Origin: a virus
Taxonomy: Duplodnaviria; Caudoviricetes
Virus record (IMG/VR): IMGVR_UViG_3300033068_000911
Location: 5,537-69,536 of that record
DNA: 64,000 nt
Direction: 5' to 3' (one strand)
The translations under genes were made by a program, and so were the position numbers. The first letter of the stretch is position 1. Every line of letters starts with the position of its first letter. Shown one piece after another: positions 38,044 through 47,016 of this stretch. Below the pieces are notes generated by a model, which ran no database searches, was not told the origin of the DNA, and saw nothing but the letters and a program-made list of their open reading frames with translations.

Positions 38044-38225
38044 GTCATGATGAGTGGTCGATCGAACTAACCGATGAGTCTGTCGTATGGCGCTGCGAAT
38101 GCGGCGCAACTGGCGAGCGTAGGCGACCTTATCGGTTCACGGATGACCAGATGCGCAGGGTTGCGACCTGGGCGCTCAATACTCACGCGAGGCGGGCGCG
38201 TATTCTTAGGGAGACTCGGTGGTGA
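38040..38225 (+). CDS. Small CxC-containing protein
   Basis: VWRCECG; ATGA coupling. Confidence 0.5.
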   Translation: MSHDEWSIELTDESVVWRCECGATGERRRPYRFTDDQMRRVATWALNTHARRARILRETRW

Positions 38226-38389
38226 ATCACACATTGAGGGTAGTGATCGGCACCATTATCACGACAGCCGTAGTGGCCCTTGTGCTCATATTCTTAGGCA
38301 TTGGCAACCCCGCGCTTATCGCAATCTTCGCCAATGTAGCGATGACATCTACGTTCGCTCTCTATGCTCTATTTGGACAGAAGCTATGA
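38222..38389 (+). CDS. Small two-TM membrane protein (55 aa)
   Basis: Read manually (MNHTLRVVIGTIITTAVVALVLIFLG...); overlaps both neighbours. Confidence 0.5.
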   Translation: MNHTLRVVIGTIITTAVVALVLIFLGIGNPALIAIFANVAMTSTFALYALFGQKL

Positions 38390-38661
38390 TTCGCATTCGT
38401 GCGATCTGCCGAACGTGCCGGACTATCGCTCGGTTCGATCTTGACGAGACGGCGAAGCAACAGGCCTGGTGGATGAAACACGACGGTCATGAGCGCGAGT
38501 TGACACGAACTCGGATTCGCGCGGGAGCACAGCCGCTTCCAACCGGGCGCAGTTTTGGAGTTCTCGCCTTCTGTCAGCGGTGCATCAGTGGCGACTATCT
38601 CAAGGATTTTGACAAGGAATATGATGCATGGTCCGCGAGACACCGCACTTGCAAGCTTTAG
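38386..38661 (+). CDS. Zn-binding hypothetical protein
   Basis: Duplicated CxxC...H pattern (CRTC, CQRC). Confidence 0.55.
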   Translation: MIRIRAICRTCRTIARFDLDETAKQQAWWMKHDGHERELTRTRIRAGAQPLPTGRSFGVLAFCQRCISGDYLKDFDKEYDAWSARHRTCKL

Positions 38662-38795
38662 TTACGAAGACGTCGCCCGTCAACGAACGCTCGCGCTAGT
38701 TGCGCTTGGGTTTACGTGCGACGATCCGGAATGGGCCAAGCACCCATTCCCCACATTCCCGTGCATGAGCACGGCACACAGAAAGGGAGGCACAC

Positions 38796-38948
38796 ATGAA
38801 GAAGGTTCTCATCGCAATGGTCATCGCGGGGGCGAGCGTGACCGTCGCTGCTCCGGCAATGGCTGCGCCGACGAACGGAACGGGGCCGTCGATCACGGTT
38901 CCGTCTGACTCGGGTCAGTTCATCCTGCGCAAGACGCCTCGGTGGTGA
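38796..38948 (+). CDS. 50-aa secreted peptide precursor
   Basis: GAAAGGGAGG SD; Sec signal MKKVLIAMVIAGASVTVAAPAMA; predicted mature part APTNGTGPSITVPSDSGQFILRKTPRW. Not in the ORF track. Confidence 0.7.
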   Translation: MKKVLIAMVIAGASVTVAAPAMAAPTNGTGPSITVPSDSGQFILRKTPRW

Positions 38949-38963
38949 TCTGACCGAATCGAA

Positions 38964-39000
38964 CCAACGGCCCCTCCGATCGGAGGGGCCGTTGGTTTTT
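38964..39000 (+). terminator. Intrinsic terminator
   Basis: ccaacggcccctcc-gatc-ggaggggccgttgg then ttttt. Confidence 0.85.
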
Positions 39001-39003
39001 GGG

Positions 39004-39033
39004 TTGACTAGCAGTAGTGAAGTCAGGTATGAT
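39004..39033 (+). promoter_or_regulatory. Sigma70-type promoter for a leaderless gene
   Basis: TTGACT-N18-TATGAT; ATG at 39041; contains the TGACT-N11-AGTCA palindrome also present at 31126. Confidence 0.75.
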
Positions 39034-39040
39034 CGCCTTC

Positions 39041-39310
39041 ATGAAAGAAACCCCTCTCGAACCGACGCGAATCGCGATTCTCAAGATTCTTGAGAATATG
39101 CTTGATGAAACCTTCTCGAACTCAAGCTTGAACAGGGGCGACATTGCGAAGATCACTACAGTGGCAAAGTCAATCCTCAATGACTTACCGCCGCTCAGCC
39201 CATCTTATGGATCAGGGAACATCGCACTACAGCGCGCCCTGATGCGAGCGCTTGAGCACAAACTTGCAATTTTGGAAGCCTACGCTAGGGAAGAGGAGAT
39301 TCTGGAATGA
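39041..39310 (+). CDS. Hypothetical helical protein
   Basis: ATG 7 nt after the -10 box. Confidence 0.55.
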   Translation: MKETPLEPTRIAILKILENMLDETFSNSSLNRGDIAKITTVAKSILNDLPPLSPSYGSGNIALQRALMRALEHKLAILEAYAREEEILE

Positions 39311-39771
39311 AGAAGGAATCCAAGTCATTTCATTGGCTCGTAGAAAACATGTACGAATGCGAGATTACGATGATCGCCGCGCATTGGCATGTTATGCACG
39401 CCGCTGCAACTATGAATGAGCAAATCTGCCCTGCGCAGGACAAGATGGCACTTGCGATCACGCATAGCATCCATGAGCAACTTGACGATGCGCTAGCAAG
39501 CGCGCTGCCCAATAATGCATTCGAGTCTCCCGATCCGAATCAGCTTCTCACGACAACGATCACCGTACCTGTCCTCATCGCGGGAATCGCACAGGTGCAA
39601 GACATCGTAACAATGATGGGTGACATCGAGGCTGATGTCCTTCTCCTCTCGCACAATGCTCCACATCTCGACTTGAAGCGCTATGGAAGTGCGACCCTTA
39701 CGTCACTGTGGGAATATGTAAGGTTCCGCGGCTCAGAGGAACTGAAGCACATGAAGGTTATCATTCCGTGA
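39307..39771 (+). CDS. Hypothetical protein
   Basis: ATGA coupling. Confidence 0.55.
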   Translation: MKKESKSFHWLVENMYECEITMIAAHWHVMHAAATMNEQICPAQDKMALAITHSIHEQLDDALASALPNNAFESPDPNQLLTTTITVPVLIAGIAQVQDIVTMMGDIEADVLLLSHNAPHLDLKRYGSATLTSLWEYVRFRGSEELKHMKVIIP

Positions 39772-41342
39772 GTTCAACACTCCCGAAAGCTACAATTGAG
39801 GCGGTACGCGCGGCAGCGCGCATCTCGCCGGGATTTGTGCGCTGCGCAGGATGTGGCCGGGTGTACTCCGAACGGGAATGCCACATCGACCACATTGTGC
39901 CGGAAGCGGACGGCGGATCACATGATCCCGCGAATCTGCAAATTCTCTGCGCCCCTGCGAAAGGCAAGGGGTGTCATCGAGTCAAGACGAGAATCGAGGC
40001 GAAGAAGAGGGCCAGGGCGCGGGGCGGGGCGGACCCGTGGTCCATCGTGGCTGGCGCTGGCTTCGTGGGGGTTGGTGGCCTCGGGGCCTACGGGCTCGCA
40101 ACCGGCGCGCCGATCGCGGGGCTCATGCAGGATGCGGCGCTGTATGTCGGCGTGGGGGCGGCACTGGGGCTCGCGGCCACGCATCTCCTGCCCCCGCGCC
40201 AGATGGCGATCCGTGAGTCACTGAGCGAGGATACGGCAGTCTTGCCGGTAACCGGGTCCGGCGACCTGGCGGACCGCGCGCTTGCCGCCCTGGCCCCCCT
40301 GATGGGCGAAATTGACGTCAGTGCGACGACGATCGGAGATGGGCGAAAAGGTGTCGTCGTGGCGTATGGATCGGACGTTTCCGATCATTCGGAGGCAGAG
40401 AGGCTGAAGGTCCAAGAGCGCACGAACATGAAGCTCGGGGGCCGATGGGAGCTTTTGTGGAACGGCACACGGAATGAACTGACGATCGTGCCGCGTCCGA
40501 CGCTCCCCCGCATGATTCGCCATCCTGGATTGCCAGACGCACGGAAATGGTACGAAATCCCCATTGGACCGCAGGCGACCATTGACTTGTCTGTGACGGC
40601 CCACGTTCTCATCACTGGCACAACGGGCTCAGGCAAGACGTCGGTCATGCGAAGCATCGTCCTAGCGGCGACTGACTCCGCGAAGCGAGGTGAGGCTGAA
40701 GTCATCCTGGCTGATCCGAAGCGCTGTGAACTCATCGGATTCCGTGGCTGGCCAGGTGTGCGCGGCGTCATGACTGACGACGACTCGTTGTGGGATATGC
40801 CGATTCGCCTACGCAAGGAGATGGAGGAGCGTTATCGCAAGAGCGAGGAAGAAGGCGTGCAACTCGGCTCGTTCACGCCGATCATCGCCGTTATTGATGA
40901 GTATCGAGAGTTTGCCGCACGAATGCGCGGCATGTATGCGATGAACGATCCGATCACTGGGAAGCCTCGTCGCATCACCGGCCAGTCGGAGCCAACACCA
41001 TTACTTGCGGTCGGCTCACTTCTCTCGATGGCGCGCATGTGTGGAATCCACCTCATCATCGGCACTCAACGCGCCGATGCCAAGATCGTCGGTGGTGATT
41101 CGCGAGACAATATCCAAGGTCGGGTTGGCGTCGGGCCACTGAACAAGGATGCTGCATTGATGCTTTTTGACCGTTCAGATTACGGTCGCGACCTTCCCGC
41201 CGACGCGAAGGGAAGGATCACATTTCAGCAGGGCGATGGGGGCTTTATTGAGGACCAGAGTTATTGGGTTCCCGATCCGGGCGACGCCAAGGGAACGAAT
41301 GCGGAGGAGGACTGGGAGCACCTAGAGAGGCTGAAGGCATGA
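39768..41342 (+). CDS. HNH endonuclease - TM - FtsK/SpoIIIE-type ATPase fusion
   Basis: CAGC...HIDHIVPEADGGSHDPANLQILC...CHRVKT; two TM segments; GTTGSGKT, ILADPK, VIDEY, ARMCGIHLIIGTQR. Confidence 0.85.
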   Translation: MSSTLPKATIEAVRAAARISPGFVRCAGCGRVYSERECHIDHIVPEADGGSHDPANLQILCAPAKGKGCHRVKTRIEAKKRARARGGADPWSIVAGAGFVGVGGLGAYGLATGAPIAGLMQDAALYVGVGAALGLAATHLLPPRQMAIRESLSEDTAVLPVTGSGDLADRALAALAPLMGEIDVSATTIGDGRKGVVVAYGSDVSDHSEAERLKVQERTNMKLGGRWELLWNGTRNELTIVPRPTLPRMIRHPGLPDARKWYEIPIGPQATIDLSVTAHVLITGTTGSGKTSVMRSIVLAATDSAKRGEAEVILADPKRCELIGFRGWPGVRGVMTDDDSLWDMPIRLRKEMEERYRKSEEEGVQLGSFTPIIAVIDEYREFAARMRGMYAMNDPITGKPRRITGQSEPTPLLAVGSLLSMARMCGIHLIIGTQRADAKIVGGDSRDNIQGRVGVGPLNKDAALMLFDRSDYGRDLPADAKGRITFQQGDGGFIEDQSYWVPDPGDAKGTNAEEDWEHLERLKA

Positions 41343-41722
41343 TGAATGCGTATACTGATGAATATTACGAGTACACTCCAAGGCGAATGGGGAAGGGCGA
41401 GAGATTGTCTAGGGCAAGAGAGATTGAGAAGATCGAGTGTAAGATCGATGAACTCAAGCGTGAGATTCAGAATCTCAAAGAGAAATCGCAGATTCCGAAG
41501 GAGCCAGAGAATGGCCTTGTGTATTTCCAGGTTCGTTATCTCGGCGGAGTCGGAAAACTCTACACATTCATGGCCGTGAGAGGGTTGAGTGGCAAATGGT
41601 CGTCTACTGGAAGCCGGGGTCAGTTCAATGCACCCAGTTGGGTGGAGTTCGTTAAGCTTGTCCGTAATCGCTGTGTCGAATCAACATTCTCGGAAGTTGC
41701 CGTTGGCGAGGAGTTGCGATGA
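41339..41722 (+). CDS. Hypothetical protein
   Basis: ATGA coupling; KLYTFMAVRGLSGKWSSTG. Confidence 0.55.
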   Translation: MMNAYTDEYYEYTPRRMGKGERLSRAREIEKIECKIDELKREIQNLKEKSQIPKEPENGLVYFQVRYLGGVGKLYTFMAVRGLSGKWSSTGSRGQFNAPSWVEFVKLVRNRCVESTFSEVAVGEELR

Positions 41723-41940
41723 TGGACTCAGAGCAGAGGCACCGGCACGCGCTGCGCATCGCGCGAGAAGCCATTGAGAGCATCGAGTTTTTGACCATTG
41801 CGGAAGATGATGAAATTGCAGAAGCAATGGATGGCTTCACTAGCGAAGAGGTTGAGGCAACCTGGGCTGACATTCACATGATCGCCACTCGTTACACTGA
41901 GGTGCGCATTATCCCCTCTCGCAAGATTCGCAACGACTGA
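41719..41940 (+). CDS. Hypothetical protein
   Basis: Last rightward gene; overlaps the 3' end of the sigma gene. Confidence 0.45.
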   Translation: MMDSEQRHRHALRIAREAIESIEFLTIAEDDEIAEAMDGFTSEEVEATWADIHMIATRYTEVRIIPSRKIRND

Positions 41941-42557
41941 GTATGAATCTGGCTGATTCGTGATCCGCTCACACCGAGAGCCTGTGCGATCTTGTCGCGA
42001 GTGATTCCTCGCCAGTAGATATCGTGCATGATTCTCGCTTGGCGCTCGGTGAGGCTTCCCAGGGCCTCATCGAGCGCCTTTGCATGTCTCTCATGAAATG
42101 AATATCGCGTTTGGCTTGGCGCTACCGGATCGTGGATTTCAACGTCGATAGACAGCGGCGCGCCAGCCGCCCTGGCCAGCAGGGTCGCTTCCACGTGCTT
42201 CAGTGGCACTTTGAGTTCGTCGGCCAGTTCGATGTTCGTAGGTTCGCGTCCGAATTGCATCGAGAGACGATGATTCGCATCCTTCAGTTCCTTGATGCGA
42301 AGCTGCATTGTCCGCGCTACAAGGCTTTCCTTGCGTACGTCATCAATGATCTTCAGTTCGATGCGCTGCCATGCCCAACGTTTCGCAGAATATCCCTTGT
42401 TAGGATCGAATGTCTTCGCGGCGATGAAAAGGCCTTCCCACGCGGCTGGCTCCAGGTCATCGGCGTCAATCCACGCAGGAAGGCGTGCGGCGACTTGAAT
42501 GGATATGACTCTGGGAAGTTGAGCAAATTCGATACAGAACTTCTCGGTCGCATCCAT
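41892..42557 (-). CDS. Sigma-70 family factor, FliA/WhiG (group 3) type
   Basis: Region 2 DADDL...EGLFIAAKTFDPNKG...IIDDVR; region 3 REPTNIELADEL; region 4 LTERQARIM...IAQALGVSGSRISQIH. Confidence 0.88.
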   Translation of the reverse strand: MDATEKFCIEFAQLPRVISIQVAARLPAWIDADDLEPAAWEGLFIAAKTFDPNKGYSAKRWAWQRIELKIIDDVRKESLVARTMQLRIKELKDANHRLSMQFGREPTNIELADELKVPLKHVEATLLARAAGAPLSIDVEIHDPVAPSQTRYSFHERHAKALDEALGSLTERQARIMHDIYWRGITRDKIAQALGVSGSRISQIHTQSLRILREGIMRTSV

Positions 42558-42572
42558 GCAAGGGCCTTTCCT

Positions 42573-43391
42573 CTACATAGCCCCCCACGTCTTCGGCCCA
42601 ACGAGGCCATCGACTGCGATCTTAGCCTTGCGCTGCCAGTTCTTGACGGCAGCCTTCGTCGCCCCACCGTAGTAACCATCGGCTCGCGTCCCGGCTATTG
42701 ACTGGATACGGCTGACGTTGTATCGGTCGGCAGCGCGAGCCCCGGAATGGCTTCGGATCGTTCCATCGTTCGGGCCGTACCAGTGGCCACGGGCGAGTGG
42801 AAATGGACCACGAATGACGACCCCAGTAGGCGGTGGCGCAGTAGCGATCGGGGGCATCGGCGTTCCGCCATTTGCAGCCCTGATCCACGAAAGATACTCG
42901 GACCATGGGAAATTCTTCCCGACATCATGATGATCCGAAAGTCGATAGACCTGAGATGCCTGGCTGTGCGCGATGATCCCCGCGTAACCGGCCCTCAGTT
43001 GCGAGTTGGTCAGGTGTCGAATCGGGATGTTGTGGCGCGCGCAGATGCCCGCGACAAGGGGCGCAGACATATTGCGAAGCATTGACGTGGAGTAGGCGTC
43101 CAGCCACTTCTCCCGCGTTTGTGACGCATATCCTGCATGTTCGAGTTGGATGCCGTCAGCATTTGCCCCCGGTGCCGCAAAGGCCGTATGCGCCTCGCGG
43201 ACACCTTGGATGATGGTGTTGTTGTCGATGTAGTAGTGCGCACTCGCCATGGGCGAGTTCCCCGCGCTAAAGTACCCCGCACACCATTCCGCCGCGTTCT
43301 CACGCTCGGGATACTCCATATCGTGAATCACAACAAGCCGGACTGCGCGAGTCCGGCCTGCGTGGAAATTCTTAGCTTGCTTGAAAAGCAT
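42573..43391 (-). CDS. Endolysin: N-acetylmuramoyl-L-alanine amidase + peptidoglycan-binding domain
   Basis: VVIHDME, SAHYYID, GIQLEH, GIIAH...DVG; C-terminal ADGYYGGATKAAVKNWQ...DGLVGPKTW; AGGAG SD before ATG at 43391. Confidence 0.88.
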   Translation of the reverse strand: MLFKQAKNFHAGRTRAVRLVVIHDMEYPERENAAEWCAGYFSAGNSPMASAHYYIDNNTIIQGVREAHTAFAAPGANADGIQLEHAGYASQTREKWLDAYSTSMLRNMSAPLVAGICARHNIPIRHLTNSQLRAGYAGIIAHSQASQVYRLSDHHDVGKNFPWSEYLSWIRAANGGTPMPPIATAPPPTGVVIRGPFPLARGHWYGPNDGTIRSHSGARAADRYNVSRIQSIAGTRADGYYGGATKAAVKNWQRKAKIAVDGLVGPKTWGAM

Positions 43392-43428
43392 GACTTCTCC
43401 TGGTCGGGGCCAGAGTGGCCCTTCCAGG

Positions 43429-44235
43429 CTAGCGCCTACCGTAGGAAAGCTTCGCAGGGAACACTGCGGACACGTACTGTGACAAAAGTCGCGCCGACTC
43501 GAAATCGTCACCTTCGATACAATCTGCCATGCGCCGGGAGGCCAGGGCGGCGCGGTCTCTTAGCCGCGCTGCCTGGGGCGACTCCGTGAGCACCTTCGCA
43601 CTGAGCACGCGCTCAGTCAGCATTTGGCGTGGATCGGTAAGTCGGCTCGGGTCGATGTGCAACATGACGCCGCCTGTCTTTTCCTCCGAAAAGCTCTTGA
43701 TCGTGGCCACAAGCGTACGTTCTGGCTTGCCGCTGTGTGGTCGCGCGTAGGTCAGTGCCGTGCGATTTCCGGGCGTCAGCGCCCACGGGACGGGCGGCGG
43801 CTCAAGCATCGGCAGATCGGTGCTGATCGTTACTTCGGTGGCCTCGGGCTGCCCAATGAACGCCAGGGAGATGCGCCAGGCGCGAAGCTCCGGACATCCA
43901 TCGACGGCGAGCCCCACGATGAGATACGCGGGCGAATGGTCTGGCGTGGCCAGGTCGGTGGTCGATGGGACTGGAGCCGATGACGGGTGACTGTGCACAA
44001 CCGCCAGGTGCTCCATCGTTGGCCGGGACTTAAATGCGGCGATCACCTCGGGTGGATTCATCGCAAAAGCTGAACGTGGCTCCGGGTGCACATTGGAAAT
44101 AGGCTCATACTCAGAGCCCATCCCACGGCGGCCAAATATCAATCCGCACGCTTCGCGATCCTTCGATTTCTCGACTTGCGCATGATTGATGACTTGGCGG
44201 ATCACATCGGCGGTAACGTTCAGCGAATGATTCAC
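43429..44235 (-). CDS. JAB/MPN (JAMM) metalloprotease + unknown C-terminal domain
   Basis: REACGLIFG and complete VHSHP...PSTTD (HxH-x7-S-x2-D) motif. Confidence 0.85.
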   Translation of the reverse strand: MNHSLNVTADVIRQVINHAQVEKSKDREACGLIFGRRGMGSEYEPISNVHPEPRSAFAMNPPEVIAAFKSRPTMEHLAVVHSHPSSAPVPSTTDLATPDHSPAYLIVGLAVDGCPELRAWRISLAFIGQPEATEVTISTDLPMLEPPPVPWALTPGNRTALTYARPHSGKPERTLVATIKSFSEEKTGGVMLHIDPSRLTDPRQMLTERVLSAKVLTESPQAARLRDRAALASRRMADCIEGDDFESARLLSQYVSAVFPAKLSYGRR

Positions 44236-44798
44236 GGGAGGAGCGCCTTTATCTCGGGGATACTGAGCACGAAATACACCTGTGCTGCGATCAGCATAAC
44301 GTTGAGAGTCATTTCCCCGAAGTTCATCGGCGCAGGCTTAGGGTCGCTCGTGCGCAAGCGTAGGAGTCGGTATCGAGTCCGCGTGAACGGCCAGAGCAGA
44401 GCGCAGCCGCGCTCGGTCAGCAGGTCTGCGCCAATGCCACCGAACCACCCAGCGAGCGCCGCCAAGCCTGCGAGCGGAGCGAACTTCGGGTCCACTGCGG
44501 CAGCCAAACCAGCGGCCACGATTGCAGCGAGAAGCGCCGCCAGCAGTGAATGCGTGCCCATCCTCGGCGGGCCGAAAATCACCCGAACGACTCGATGCAC
44601 CGTATGGCCAAACGGGGTTACTGACGTAGCCTTGGACATGCGATGGTCAATATCCGGCGCATAGGCCGTCACGGTGGCGATCGCCATGCCGGACGCAAGA
44701 AGCACGGCATTTTCAACATTGACGTGCGGCGAAATGACGAGCGGTGCGCACCATAGCCAAATAGTGCGCCCCGACCGAGCGTGCGTGAGTCCTCTCAC
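44232..44798 (-). CDS. YdjM-like membrane metal-dependent hydrolase
   Basis: THARSG, APDIDH, RMGTHSL and DLLTERGCALLWPF motifs with TM segments. Confidence 0.75.
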   Translation of the reverse strand: MRGLTHARSGRTIWLWCAPLVISPHVNVENAVLLASGMAIATVTAYAPDIDHRMSKATSVTPFGHTVHRVVRVIFGPPRMGTHSLLAALLAAIVAAGLAAAVDPKFAPLAGLAALAGWFGGIGADLLTERGCALLWPFTRTRYRLLRLRTSDPKPAPMNFGEMTLNVMLIAAQVYFVLSIPEIKALLP

Positions 44799-44977
44799 GA
44801 GGGGAGCTCCACCAGGTCGGCGGGCGACCCATCCTCATAGAAAGCTTCGTCAGGATAGGCAGTCAAGCATTCGCAGCCGATAGGTTCATTGAGCCCTGGG
44901 CCGTGATATTCGTAAGTCGTTCCGGTGCCTTGACATTCGGGGCACTGCTTGTCGGCGTACCACTTCACTTCGTTCAC
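44795..44977 (-). CDS. Small Zn-finger protein
   Basis: CPECQGTG...CEC. Confidence 0.5.
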   Translation of the reverse strand: MNEVKWYADKQCPECQGTGTTYEYHGPGLNEPIGCECLTAYPDEAFYEDGSPADLVELPS

Positions 44978-45585
44978 TTGTCCTGCACCTCTTCCCCTCC
45001 GCCGACAAGCGTGGGCATGTCGCCGTAATCAATGCCAGTGGCGAGAAGCGTTTCACCGCAAGCGCCCCGCCTCTTATCTTTGAGAAGATTGACTCTCATA
45101 TCTTCCGCGATGTAGCGACCCGTGTCGGGCAGAAAGTACCCAACGGTCACATGGGGAATGTATTGATTCTGCGTATTGACGTGCGGAAGGCGCGACAGCC
45201 TTTTATTCGCCTCACTGCAAAGGTTAGCGCTCCGTCCAAACAAAACGCCGACAACGCAGTCATATCCATCACCCTGGAAAACCTCAAAGCCTCCAATATC
45301 GACGGTGTCGCAACTCCACCCTTCGAGAGTCATGTCAACGTAGGGTTTCATCTCATGCCCGGACTTCATGAGACCGTAGATGAGAGTCACGTGCGGTGCA
45401 ACTTCTGCACCGTTAGCGATACAGCCTCCCGGTAGTGGTCCCCGGTAGGCGAGCGGTTCGCAGATCGCCGGAAGGGCCGAGTAGGGCGTGACCTTCATTC
45501 CTACGTAGCCAAACTGTGGGCCGATGCCCATCTCTTCGTGGATGCGACGCATCTTCAGCAGATGAATCGCTGACTCTTTACTCAT
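44974..45585 (-). CDS. 2H phosphoesterase, Acb1/T4 57B-like
   Basis: Two HxT motifs (PHVTLIYG, YIPHVTVGY) with a FEVFQGDGYDCVV...LSRLPH segment between them. Confidence 0.8.
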   Translation of the reverse strand: MSKESAIHLLKMRRIHEEMGIGPQFGYVGMKVTPYSALPAICEPLAYRGPLPGGCIANGAEVAPHVTLIYGLMKSGHEMKPYVDMTLEGWSCDTVDIGGFEVFQGDGYDCVVGVLFGRSANLCSEANKRLSRLPHVNTQNQYIPHVTVGYFLPDTGRYIAEDMRVNLLKDKRRGACGETLLATGIDYGDMPTLVGGGEEVQDK

Positions 45586-45739
45586 TGTCTGGGTTACCTT
45601 TCTCCTCGGATGCCCTGTTGTCGCGAGCCGTCTTGACGAACGCCCAAACCAGAATGACCATGATGTAGCCAACCGTGAAAACGACAATGGCCAAGATAAT
45701 GACCGTGATAAACCACGTAATGAGGGATTGAATGTCCAT
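45578..45739 (-). CDS. Small single-TM protein (53 aa)
   Basis: Read manually: MDIQSLITWFITVIILAIVVFTVGYIMVILVWAFVK... Confidence 0.5.
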   Translation of the reverse strand: MDIQSLITWFITVIILAIVVFTVGYIMVILVWAFVKTARDNRASEEKGNPDNE

Positions 45740-45741
45740 GT

Positions 45742-46002
45742 TCAGGATTCCTTAGTTTTTGTGATTCGCGCGAGGCATCCCTGGGGATACCAGTGAGACT
45801 CGTGAGTATCATCCGAATATGTAAAAGCGAATGCCGCAAGGCCTAACTTCTCATCCAGGAAGTACTCATAGGCCATCTTCTCGGCCTCGTCATACGTTTC
45901 AGCAACGAACTCAAACCAGCCATCAGGGTGTGCGCGTTCGTCAATCGGATGCGGTTCGGTCCGATACTTCTGACCGAACGTTACATAGCAGGTTTTCATC
46001 AC
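45742..46002 (-). CDS. Hypothetical protein
   Basis: YVTFGQKY...HPDGWFEF; coupled to its neighbours. Confidence 0.55.
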   Translation of the reverse strand: MMKTCYVTFGQKYRTEPHPIDERAHPDGWFEFVAETYDEAEKMAYEYFLDEKLGLAAFAFTYSDDTHESHWYPQGCLARITKTKES

Positions 46003-46568
46003 TGGCGACCTTTCGCATCGTGGGCAAGTACCCGATCAATGAGCGCCACGAGTCGGCGCAAACCTTCCTTGCGGACATGGACGGTCGGCTTATCCCTATC
46101 TGCGTTTGCCGCGCTACGCACGGTAGCCAGCAGGTCAGCTTCGTCCTTCGTGAGCGTCAGCGGGGGCAGCCCAGCGCCCTGGCCTGCTCGATTCCGTCCG
46201 TATGCTGCGGTCGGTCGGTTGCCCACATGCTCGGGGAGAACGTAAACTGAGCACTTTACGCGCTGCACGGTGGCGAGACGCGCGATGACTCCGGCTTTAT
46301 GGAGGTTGCTGAGCGCCCCTGTAGCCATTCCGTGATGCCAGTGATAATGCGCTGCGAGGTCACGCCAGGTGGCACCGAGCGGCCCCGTCGCGTCGAGAAA
46401 CGTCACAACCTCGCGCTGCCGTCGCGCCGTTGTGCCGTCTGCATCTTCGCGCTCTCGCGCCTCTGCGCTGGCTTGCGATCCGCCACGTCCGGATGTCCCG
46501 CCGTATGGCATCACGCCATCATCGGGCAGGCCAGCGTCGAACTCTGGATCACTCGTTGTCGTCGTCAT
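45999..46568 (-). CDS. Putative winged-helix DNA-binding protein
   Basis: GATWRDLA...HHGMATGALSNLHKAGVIARL. Confidence 0.55.
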   Translation of the reverse strand: MTTTTSDPEFDAGLPDDGVMPYGGTSGRGGSQASAEAREREDADGTTARRQREVVTFLDATGPLGATWRDLAAHYHWHHGMATGALSNLHKAGVIARLATVQRVKCSVYVLPEHVGNRPTAAYGRNRAGQGAGLPPLTLTKDEADLLATVRSAANADRDKPTVHVRKEGLRRLVALIDRVLAHDAKGRQ

Positions 46569-47016
46569 TGCAGATGAGTCCAATCATATCGAGAAGTTCA
46601 TGAATGCCGATCAAGACTGAGTAGGAAGTGTGACCCGTAGGTGCGAGCGCATTCACGCGATCCTTGGCGGCACAGTCCGGCACAAGTTCATTGAACTTCT
46701 GAACTGCATCTAGATCGCGCTGTTTCTGAGCTTCCCTGACTCGATTCCGCGCAGCCTTGGCAGATTCTCGCCCAGCCTGGACCTTCACCTCTTCATTCCA
46801 GGTACGCCAGATCATGCGACCAGAGATAACGCCAGACAGGTCGGAGTACAGGCCGCGTGACTTCGGTGCGATCTGCTTCACTCTCACATCGCGCGGAGCG
46901 ATCTTCTCCACGATCTGCACGCACCGGGCTCGCGCTGCGGCGCGGTCCTTACTTCCGTGGCCAGCGGAGTACAACTCCCCGACCTTGATGTCATCGAATT
47001 TCATCGTGCCTTCCAC
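46549..47016 (-). CDS. Hypothetical protein (SH3-like N-terminus)
   Basis: KFDDIKVGELY start; operon packing. Confidence 0.5.
   Translation of the reverse strand: MEGTMKFDDIKVGELYSAGHGSKDRAAARARCVQIVEKIAPRDVRVKQIAPKSRGLYSDLSGVISGRMIWRTWNEEVKVQAGRESAKAARNRVREAQKQRDLDAVQKFNELVPDCAAKDRVNALAPTGHTSYSVLIGIHELLDMIGLICNDDDNE

Noticed and set aside
40479-40493. Self-target of array 3 in the FtsK gene (gaa ctg acg atc gtg)
   Set aside because: It matches only four dinucleotides (GA CT AC AT) and then fails, which is expected by chance.
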